Assembly: GCA_016873495.1 (NCBI GenBank)
Contig: VGXC01000012.1
Span: forward strand, 8,434 to 72,433
Length of the DNA: 64,000 bases
DNA from: Nitrospira sp.
Lineage (GTDB): Bacteria > Nitrospirota > Nitrospiria > Nitrospirales > Nitrospiraceae
Reading direction: 5' to 3'
In this document: positions 36,037 through 43,106 of the stretch, piece by piece
Position numbering within the stretch: position 1 is the stretch's first letter
Layout of the letters: every line of letters begins with the position of its first letter
Program-made: the position numbers and the translations under genes
The notes under the pieces: generated by a model
Told to the model about the DNA's origin: nothing
Seen by the model: only the letters and a program-made list of their open reading frames with translations
Databases searched by the model: none

Positions 36037-36489
36037 TCAAATGTGGTACATGAGGGTCCGCTCGCGATCGAGCTGCTGGTGCCGTTCTGCCAGCTCGCGA
36101 AGCGTCACGCCATTCAACACACCCAGCTCCGCCTGACGGACCCGTTCCCAGACGTCGGCTAAGAGCAGGTCCGGCCTCGATGGCCCCGTGATGTGACGCC
36201 CCGCCCCCCGATGGCTGCTCGGGGCCGAAAGGGTGCCGTCCAACGCCTCCACGATATCCGCCAGTGAAATTTCTTCCGGCAGTTTGCCTAAAAGATAGCC
36301 TCCCTGAGCGCCGCGTAGGCTATCGACCAGTCCGGCGTTCTTCATCGCGTTCAGGACTTGCTCGAGAAAACGGAGCGGGATGGCCTGACGCCGGGCGATC
36401 GCCTTTGCCTGAATAGGCGAGGTGCCGTCATTTAAGGCCAAATCCAGCGCCGCCAGCACTCCATATGTAGCCTTCAAGGATATTTTCAT
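36037..36489 (-). CDS. Rrf2 family transcriptional regulator (Cys-free, CymR-like)
   Basis: 150 aa, MKISLKATYGVLAALDLAL...IPLRFLEQVLNAMKNAGLV. Contains no cysteine, so it cannot bind Fe-S as IscR or NsrR do. Confidence 0.9.
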   Translation of the reverse strand: MKISLKATYGVLAALDLALNDGTSPIQAKAIARRQAIPLRFLEQVLNAMKNAGLVDSLRGAQGGYLLGKLPEEISLADIVEALDGTLSAPSSHRGAGRHITGPSRPDLLLADVWERVRQAELGVLNGVTLRELAERHQQLDRERTLMYHI

Positions 36490-36865
36490 GAGTCGCGATT
36501 CATGAGTATTCCGATGGGAAATGACATTGGCCTATCTATACAGCCCCATTGCCTGAAATGTCAAGTCGGTTTTTCCTCGCGTGGGGCAGGGTTTGTCCCT
36601 TGCCTCATTTCCATGGTTCGGAATCGCTGTGCCATGGTTTCTGCTGGGGAGACTAGGTCCCCGTCCCCAAGTTTTGGCACCAAGGCCAGGGGAAATACCC
36701 CTCTCGTTCCACGCCGCCACGAGCGATGAAATATTTCTGACTCCTCAGCTCCGGGACAACAAAAACCGGCACGGCTGACCAATTTTTCGGCCAGCTCCTG
36801 AATTTGATTCGGAAGGCACCCAAAGAAATCCGGCCGAATTGTAAGAATCGACGACCGCGGCATCG

Positions 36866-36881
36866 TGGCACTACTGTTGCT
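36866..36881 (+). promoter_or_regulatory. sigma-54 type promoter (-24/-12)
   Basis: TGGCAC-TACTG-TTGCT matches TGGCAC-N5-TTGCW. Lies about 100 nt upstream of the Fis-family regulator gene. Confidence 0.45.
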
Positions 36882-36889
36882 TCTTCCCA

Positions 36890-36913
36890 ACCGACTCGTT
36901 CAGCCGAGTCGGT
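36890..36913 (+). promoter_or_regulatory. perfect 9-bp hairpin at the predicted 5' end of the sigma-54 transcript
   Basis: ACCGACTCG-ttcagc-CGAGTCGGT. Confidence 0.4.
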
Positions 36914-36981
36914 CCGATTTATCCGTTGACTTGGCGGAATCCGGTGGAGGATAATCCCGCCCTCTTCTTCTTGGTGCCTGC

Positions 36982-37566
36982 ATGCCGACCCGAACAGCCG
37001 CCGTCACCATTCTTTTGCTCACTGCCGATCCTGACCTCCAGGCCCAGATCAAGCGTGACTTCAAGGACACGGCGGTTACGGTGGCCAAGGATCTGGCATC
37101 GTTGCCTCGGGCTTCAGCCAAGCGCACGTTCGACGGCGTGATCATAGAAACCAAACGGAACCAGCCCCAGGAATTGGCGGAACTCTCCCGACACATCGAC
37201 CCGACCAAAACGGTGGTCGTCGCGGGATCGCGCGCAGTGCTCCGGCAGACCCACCGCATGTTCCACACCCTCTCGAACGGCGCCGGCCCCTCGGCCAACC
37301 ATGCCGATCCGAACTTCTCACTCGACGACTACATCAAGTCAAAATTGGGAGATTTTGTCAGGGGAATGAAGAACGGCTCCGCCCGTGATTTGCATCCGAT
37401 TTTGATCAAGGCGGTGGAAGAACCTTTGATTACGCTTGTGCTGAGGGAAACCAACGGCAATCAGATGCAAGCGGCGGATTTACTGGGCATGAATCGCAAC
37501 ACCCTCCGCAAGAAAATCACCGAGTTCCGGATTTCCGTCAAACGAGAGCGAGCGCGGCGAACGTAG
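36982..37566 (+). CDS. Fis-family HTH regulator with degenerate receiver-like N-terminus (no AAA+ domain)
   Basis: C-terminal NGNQMQAADLLGMNRNTLRKKITEF (Fis/NtrC-type HTH). In the N-terminal ILLLTADPD...FDGVIIETK, Glu sits where the phospho-acceptor Asp would be. Confidence 0.75.
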   Translation: MPTRTAAVTILLLTADPDLQAQIKRDFKDTAVTVAKDLASLPRASAKRTFDGVIIETKRNQPQELAELSRHIDPTKTVVVAGSRAVLRQTHRMFHTLSNGAGPSANHADPNFSLDDYIKSKLGDFVRGMKNGSARDLHPILIKAVEEPLITLVLRETNGNQMQAADLLGMNRNTLRKKITEFRISVKRERARRT

Positions 37567-37645
37567 GACGCATCCGCCTGCAACAGAGCCGGCTCGATCA
37601 AGGACGGGCTGCATCCGCTTGCCTGCCCCTATCCAGGCGAAATTC

Positions 37646-37672
37646 TTGACAGTACCGCTTGGGCTATATTAG
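37646..37672 (+). promoter_or_regulatory. putative sigma-70 promoter of tRNA-Val/thrS
   Basis: TTGACA at 37646-37651, followed by the A/T-rich TATATTAG at 37665-37672. The spacer is 13-15 nt, which is sub-optimal. Confidence 0.35.
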
Positions 37673-37688
37673 CATGGCCCCTGACGTT

Positions 37689-37763
37689 AGGCGCGTAGCT
37701 CAGGGGGAGAGCGCTACCTTGACACGGTAGAGGTCGACGGTTCAAGACCGTCCGCGCCTACCA
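37689..37763 (+). tRNA. tRNA-Val (anticodon GAC)
   Basis: Manual cloverleaf: acceptor AGGCGCG/CGCGCCT, D arm GCTC/GAGC, anticodon arm CTACC-TTGACAC-GGTAG, T arm GACGG-TTCAAGA-CCGTC. Encoded CCA. Confidence 0.93.
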
Positions 37764-37991
37764 TTTCGCGGAACGAAGGCATCAGGTCGCCGGGGACGAG
37801 AACCCATTCGATTGCGGGAGACGGAGTCAGATGCGAGGTCGCAGGCAACAGAGAACCACAGGCGCAGTGACGTGCATGCGTTGAGGGTTTCTCCAAGCCG
37901 GTCCGGCCGCAGATGATTTCGGGACGCTTCCCGCAGGAACGAAGAGGTTCCGGAAGACAGGTCCCGCGGCGATCGTGATGCCTTTTCTTAT

Positions 37992-39932
37992 TTGAACCCT
38001 ATGCCTATCGAGACCCAACAGATTCAGATCACCTTGACGGACGGAACCACCCGCCAGGTCCAGAGCGGCTGTACCGTCGGCGAAGCCCTGAGCGGAACAA
38101 CCGGCCGTCTCGGCCCGGACATCCTGGCGGCGAAGGTCAACGGTACGCCCGTGGACCTGAGCAAGGCCCTGACCGAACCGGCGACGGTGGAACCGATCAC
38201 CTTCGCCTCCCCGGAGGGCAAAGAAGTCTACCGGCACAGCAGCACCCATATTATGGCCCAGGCGGTCAAAGAAGTGTTCCCCTCGGCCCAAGTCACCATC
38301 GGCCCGGCCATCGAGGAAGGCTTTTACTACGACTTTGCCTTCGAACGGCCGTTTACCCCGGAAGATCTGGCCAAAATCGAGGCCCAAGCCTTGGAGCTTA
38401 TCAAGGCCAACCGCCCCTTCAAGCGTGTGGAGATGCGCCGCTGGGATGCGATCAATTTCTTCAAACACCGCGGCGAGTTGTACAAGGCCGAAATTCTCGA
38501 AAGCATCGAGGATGAGACCGTCTCACTCTACGATCAGGGCGATTTCATCGACCTCTGCCGCGGACCGCACCTGCCGTCCACCGGACGGGTTGGGGCCTTC
38601 AAGCTGCTCTCCAGCGCCGGCGCCTACTGGCGGGGAGACGAGCGCAATCCGATGTTGCAGCGGATTTACGGGACCTCTTTCCCGACCCAGGCGGAGCTGG
38701 ATGCGCACCTCGCCAAGCTTGAAGAGATCAAGCGGCGGGACCACCGCAAGCTCGGCAAAGAGCTCGACTTGATCTCGCTGCAGGACGAGATCGGGCCAGG
38801 CCTCGTCCTCTGGCATCCCAAAGGCGCCCTGGTCCGCCTGCTGATCGAGAATTTTTGGCGGGAGCAGCACATCAAGCAGGGCTATGAGCTGGTCTATTCG
38901 CCCCACGTCGCGCGCCTGGATCTCTGGAAGACCAGCGGACATGTGGATTACTACCGGGAAAACATGTTCGCCTCGATGAAGGTGGAAGCCAGCGAGTACC
39001 AACTCAAGCCGATGAATTGCCCGTTCCACATCATGATCTACAAGGGCCACCTGCGCAGCTACCGGGACTTGCCGATCCGGTACGGCGAGTTGGGCACCGT
39101 GTATCGGTACGAGCGAACCGGCGTGCTGCACGGCCTGTTGCGGGTCCGCGGCTTCACCCAGGACGATGCCCATCTGTTCTGCCGGCCGGACCAGATCGAG
39201 TCCGAAGTCAGCCGGGTCCTGGACTTTACCTTCTTCGTGCTCCGGACGTTCGGCTTCTCGGAATTCGAAGTCTACGTCTCGACCAAGCCTGAAAAATCAG
39301 TCGGCGCGCCGGAAAACTGGGCGCTGGCGACCAGCGCCCTGGAAGCCGCCCTCAAGGGACGGGGCGTCGCCTACGAGATCGACCCGGGCGAGGGGGTCTT
39401 CTACGGCCCCAAGATCGACATCAAAATCAAGGACGTGCTTGGCCGGGCCTGGCAATGTTCCACGATCCAGATCGACTTCAACAATCCCGAACGGTTCGGA
39501 CTGGCCTACACGGGCGAGGATGGGAAAGCCCACCAGCCGATCATGATCCACCGGGCGTTGATGGGGTCCATCGAACGTTTCTTCGGCATTCTGGTGGAAC
39601 ACTACGCCGGGGCCTTCCCCACCTGGCTCGCGCCGGTTCAGGCGATGGTGCTGCCGATCAGCGAGCACCAGCATGCCTATGCCGTGAAAGTCACGGAACA
39701 GCTGAAGGAAGCTGGGCTACGCGCCGACGTCGATCTGCGGAACGAAAAAGCCGGCTATAAAATCCGCGAAGCCGAGAAGGCGAAAATTCCCTATATGCTG
39801 GTCGTTGGCGCCCGCGAACAGCAGGCTGAATCGGTGTCGATCCGCAAGCGCGGCGGCGAAGATAAGGGCAGCCAGCCGGTGCTGGCGGCCATTGATCTGA
39901 TCAGGGCCGATCTGGCGCAGGCCCTGTCGTGA
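37992..39932 (+). CDS. thrS: threonine--tRNA ligase
   Basis: 646 aa with TGS, editing, class II core and anticodon-binding domains. TTG 37992 or ATG 38001 start. Confidence 0.97.
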   Translation: MNPMPIETQQIQITLTDGTTRQVQSGCTVGEALSGTTGRLGPDILAAKVNGTPVDLSKALTEPATVEPITFASPEGKEVYRHSSTHIMAQAVKEVFPSAQVTIGPAIEEGFYYDFAFERPFTPEDLAKIEAQALELIKANRPFKRVEMRRWDAINFFKHRGELYKAEILESIEDETVSLYDQGDFIDLCRGPHLPSTGRVGAFKLLSSAGAYWRGDERNPMLQRIYGTSFPTQAELDAHLAKLEEIKRRDHRKLGKELDLISLQDEIGPGLVLWHPKGALVRLLIENFWREQHIKQGYELVYSPHVARLDLWKTSGHVDYYRENMFASMKVEASEYQLKPMNCPFHIMIYKGHLRSYRDLPIRYGELGTVYRYERTGVLHGLLRVRGFTQDDAHLFCRPDQIESEVSRVLDFTFFVLRTFGFSEFEVYVSTKPEKSVGAPENWALATSALEAALKGRGVAYEIDPGEGVFYGPKIDIKIKDVLGRAWQCSTIQIDFNNPERFGLAYTGEDGKAHQPIMIHRALMGSIERFFGILVEHYAGAFPTWLAPVQAMVLPISEHQHAYAVKVTEQLKEAGLRADVDLRNEKAGYKIREAEKAKIPYMLVVGAREQQAESVSIRKRGGEDKGSQPVLAAIDLIRADLAQALS

Positions 39933-39960
39933 CCATAACCCTTTTTCTGAGAGGTGTCGT

Positions 39961-40467
39961 ATCGTCCCCAAACTGCGTGTAAATCGGGAAATCCGAGTCC
40001 GGGAAGTGCGCGTGATCGGGCCTGAAGGCGAGCAATTGGGCATCCTGCCCACACCCGATGCGCTCAAGAAGGCCCAGGAACTGGGCTACGATCTGGTCGA
40101 GGTGGCGCCCACGTCGGCGCCGCCGGTCTGCCGGATCATGGATCATGGAAAATACAAGTACGAGCTTCAGAAAAAAGAACACCAGAGCCGGAAGCATCAA
40201 AAATCCACGCAGGTCAAAGAGATCAAGCTGCGGCCCCGCACCGACAAACACGATCTGGAGATCAAAATCCGGCAGGTCAAGGAGTTCCTGGCGGATGGCA
40301 ACAAGACCAAAGTCACGGTCACGTTCCGGGGACGCGAGATGGCGAACCAGGAAATGGGACGCACGATGATGAACAGCGTGATGCAGCAATTGATGGAAAA
40401 CGGGACGATCGAGTATGCGCCCAGGATGGAAGGGCGCAGTCTGATCATGATCGTCGCGCCCAAGTGA
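39961..40467 (+). CDS. infC: translation initiation factor IF-3 (non-canonical ATC start proposed)
   Basis: The frame is open from 39940. GAGAGG SD at 39949-39954, then 6 nt, then ATC 39961, giving IVPKLRVNREIRVREVRVIGPEGEQLG, the conserved IF3 N-terminus. The ORF-track GTG at 40006 would truncate it. Confidence 0.85.
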   Translation: MVPKLRVNREIRVREVRVIGPEGEQLGILPTPDALKKAQELGYDLVEVAPTSAPPVCRIMDHGKYKYELQKKEHQSRKHQKSTQVKEIKLRPRTDKHDLEIKIRQVKEFLADGNKTKVTVTFRGREMANQEMGRTMMNSVMQQLMENGTIEYAPRMEGRSLIMIVAPK

Positions 40468-40541
40468 TCCGCGTGCCGGGAAGGGACCGGGCACTGAGCC
40501 GCAGCCACTGAAGAGCAAGCAACTCGGGAAGGAGAACGACG

Positions 40542-40748
40542 ATGGCAGGGCAAAAATTGAAAACGCACAGCGGCGCCAGCAAGCGCATCGGCCGGACCGG
40601 CAGCGGCAAGCTGCGGCGGCGCAAGGCCGGGAAACGGCACATCCTAACCAGCAAGGCGCGCGACCGCAAGCGGAGACTCAAAGGCACGACGCCCGTGGAT
40701 CACACCATGACCATGTCGGTCAACCGGCTGCTCCCCTATAACACATAG
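40542..40748 (+). CDS. rpmI: 50S ribosomal protein L35
   Basis: 68 aa, [29 protein letters not shown]. Confidence 0.95.
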   Translation: MAGQKLKTHSGASKRIGRTGSGKLRRRKAGKRHILTSKARDRKRRLKGTTPVDHTMTMSVNRLLPYNT

Positions 40749-40818
40749 CTGTTAGCTGTGAGCCGACAGCCCTCAGCGTCCGACCACGCTTTATAAATAA
40801 AGGTAAGGAGAACAAGAC

Positions 40819-41178
40819 ATGCCACGCGTAAAAGGCGGTCCCAAGACCAGGCAGCGGAGAAAGAAACGGCTGAAGCTTGCTAAAGGCCAGTACGGAGCGA
40901 AGAGCCGGCTGTTCAGAAGCGCCACCGAATCGGTGGACAAGGGCCAGACATACGCCTATGCCGAGCGGAAGAAGCGGAAACGGAATTTCCGGCGCCTCTG
41001 GGTCACCCGTATCAGCGCCGCGGTGCGTCAGCACGGGATGACCTACAGCCGTTTTATCAATGCGCTGAAAAAAGCCAATGTGCTGCTGGATCGGAAGGTG
41101 CTGTCGGATATGGCCATCAAGGACCCGGCAGGATTCGACCAGCTGGCCACCCTGGCGAAGCAGACCGCCTCGGCATAG
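40819..41178 (+). CDS. rplT: 50S ribosomal protein L20
   Basis: 119 aa, MPRVKGGPKTRQRRKKRLKLAKGQYG. Confidence 0.97.
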   Translation: MPRVKGGPKTRQRRKKRLKLAKGQYGAKSRLFRSATESVDKGQTYAYAERKKRKRNFRRLWVTRISAAVRQHGMTYSRFINALKKANVLLDRKVLSDMAIKDPAGFDQLATLAKQTASA

Positions 41179-41194
41179 CCCGCTCACAGGTCGG

Positions 41195-41251
41195 AAAGTC
41201 TGAAAGTCAGAAAGTCCGCCCCGTTTCAGGACTTGACGACTTTCAGACTTT
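41195..41251. terminator. long bidirectional hairpin between convergent rplT and pheT
   Basis: 6 bp + 3-nt internal loop + 14 bp stem: AAAGTCTGAAAGTCAGAAAGTCC / GGACTTGACGACTTTCAGACTTT. The arms are (GAAAGTC)n words. T-rich after the 3' arm. The pheT stop lies inside the 3' arm. Confidence 0.5.
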
Positions 41252-42995
41252 ATGACTTTTCGACAGTCCCTTCGGCCAGCCGATCCACTTCCAGTTCGAA
41301 TACCACCGCCGGCATCGTCACCTGCCACTGCTCCAAAACTTCGGGGTGCAGTTCGCCGATCAGGCCGATGGCGTGGCCCTGCAGCAGAATCCGGCCGGCC
41401 CGCCCGGGCAAGAACGAAGGGTGAGCCACCGGCTCCAGGCTGTAGGGACAATTCAAATAAAACAACAGCAGGTCCAAACTGGAATGGACTTCCGAGAAGT
41501 TCGCGCTGGCATGGGCGATCAGCGCACCGAGCGACATCCGAGTACGTGATCCGTGCTCCTCTGCCTGATCAGGCACCGCCACTTCCCCGACCTCAAAGAG
41601 CCGGTGCGGATAGAAGGAACGGGTGGACGCCGCCTCCACCCGCAGGAGGGACGGCACAAGCCACTGCCTTAGGCAACTGAAGGTCTGAGACATCGCATTG
41701 TCCACTTCCACGATACGGTCCCACTCGCTTCCGGTCAGCCCCATCCGCTCGATCAGTTCTTGCCGCGAGGCCAAGATGTTGGCCATGATTTCCTGGAAGC
41801 CCAGCCCGACCATCAGATCGCGCACCCGGTCGGACATCTGCTCCACGCGGGACAGGCCGCCCACGGTGAACTGGGACGGCATCACAGGCTCGAACGAGCC
41901 GTACCCGCGGCTGATCGCTACGTCTTCTACCACGTCGACCGCATGCATCAGGTCGTTCCGGTAGGGCGGCAGCTTCACCGTCAGCTTGTCCTTCGATCCT
42001 CGGACTTCGCACCCATAGACCGACAGAGCCTCGCGGATCTGCTTCGGCTCCAACGGCACCCCCAGAGCTTCCCGAATCACCTGGACTGCAATGGCCCGTG
42101 GCTGGCCGAAATCCAGCGGGGTGAGCATGGATTTCCCCAAGGCCGTCTCATAGGGGTAGGTCATCTGCACCGGCTCAATGGCGGCGCCCCGATCCGCCAG
42201 ATTGACCGCCAGAATGTTCAGGGTCAGCACGACCATCAACAGATCGGTGCCGGTGACTTCCACAAAGAGGTCCCGGTCTCCGATCCGCACTTCCCCAATC
42301 TCCCGGCTATTGATGATCGGAGGGAGCGACAGCACCTGCCCCTCGTCATCCCGCAGGAGAGGCACCCGGTCATGGCCGGCGATCAACGCCCCGTACTCTA
42401 ATCCTTTGGGATGCACGGCGAGGATCTCGCGCAGCGACATCTTGTCGTCGAAACCCAGCGGCGTGAACCGGGCATCATCAGGCTTGACCAGATCGTAGGT
42501 CACCGGAAAGACAATCGCCGGGAGGCGATAGAGCCCGATGGACACGGTGCTGCGCTTGCGCCCGAAGATGTCGGCCAGTTTTTCCTGCACCTGGATCAAC
42601 TGCGCCAGACCGACCTCGGTCACTGCATAGCCGCAAGCCGTACAGGCCGCCACATAGGGGCGAATCTGCTCCAGGCCCGGCGCAACGAGCAGGCGCCGTC
42701 TCGCCTGGGGCTTGGCGCCGAAGAACGGATAGGCCGGCGCGGCGCCGGTCAGCTTGATCCGAATCTGCCGGGCCACGCCCTCGGCGGACCAGAGATCGGG
42801 CCGGTTGCTGTCCTGCAATTCGACCCGCACCTCGCCCGTCTCGTGGTCATGATCTTTCAGCTCACCCTTGACCAAAGACAGCCAGGGCTCCAGGCTCTCG
42901 GCGGTCAGAACATTCCGCCCCGCCGTGGCTTCCCCAAGCGCAACGGTGCCGAGAAGCTGCTCGAAATCTTTGAGATTGATGGAAATGGTCGGCAT
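41250..42995 (-). CDS. pheT: phenylalanine--tRNA ligase beta subunit, archaeal/eukaryotic type
   Basis: 581 aa (bacterial type is about 800 aa). N-terminus MPTISINLKDFEQLLG with B3/B4 and B5 architecture. Confidence 0.9.
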   Translation of the reverse strand: MPTISINLKDFEQLLGTVALGEATAGRNVLTAESLEPWLSLVKGELKDHDHETGEVRVELQDSNRPDLWSAEGVARQIRIKLTGAAPAYPFFGAKPQARRRLLVAPGLEQIRPYVAACTACGYAVTEVGLAQLIQVQEKLADIFGRKRSTVSIGLYRLPAIVFPVTYDLVKPDDARFTPLGFDDKMSLREILAVHPKGLEYGALIAGHDRVPLLRDDEGQVLSLPPIINSREIGEVRIGDRDLFVEVTGTDLLMVVLTLNILAVNLADRGAAIEPVQMTYPYETALGKSMLTPLDFGQPRAIAVQVIREALGVPLEPKQIREALSVYGCEVRGSKDKLTVKLPPYRNDLMHAVDVVEDVAISRGYGSFEPVMPSQFTVGGLSRVEQMSDRVRDLMVGLGFQEIMANILASRQELIERMGLTGSEWDRIVEVDNAMSQTFSCLRQWLVPSLLRVEAASTRSFYPHRLFEVGEVAVPDQAEEHGSRTRMSLGALIAHASANFSEVHSSLDLLLFYLNCPYSLEPVAHPSFLPGRAGRILLQGHAIGLIGELHPEVLEQWQVTMPAVVFELEVDRLAEGTVEKS

Positions 42996-43071
42996 AGAAA
43001 GAAGTTATCCGTCGTCAGTTCTCAGTAAAAATAGGCCCTCTGCCTGAGCTCGTTAGCCCCCGCCTCGCTCC

Positions 43072-43105
43072 TTACCGACCACTGAATACTGTTTACCGAC
43101 CACTG
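43072..43105. repeat. 13-nt direct repeat x2 in the pheS-pheT spacer
   Basis: TTACCGACCACTG at 43072-43084 and 43093-43105 (21-nt period). Confidence 0.8.
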
Positions 43106-43106
43106 C

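Noticed and set aside
36490-36865. Looked for a riboswitch, 6S, tmRNA, SRP or RNase P RNA, or a broken gene, in the large intergenic region. This includes ORF 36561..36890 and a TGGCAC-N5-TTCC on the minus strand near 36620-36634.
   Set aside because: I recognised no conserved ncRNA signature. The ORFs lack motifs and an SD. The minus-strand element lacks the -12 GC. A covariance-model scan would be needed to exclude an ncRNA.
37764-37991. Possible T-box or tRNA-mimic operator in the 227-nt thrS leader downstream of tRNA-Val.
   Set aside because: I found no T-box consensus (AGGGUGGNACCGCG-like) and no convincing anticodon-arm mimic by eye. The leader is left unannotated.
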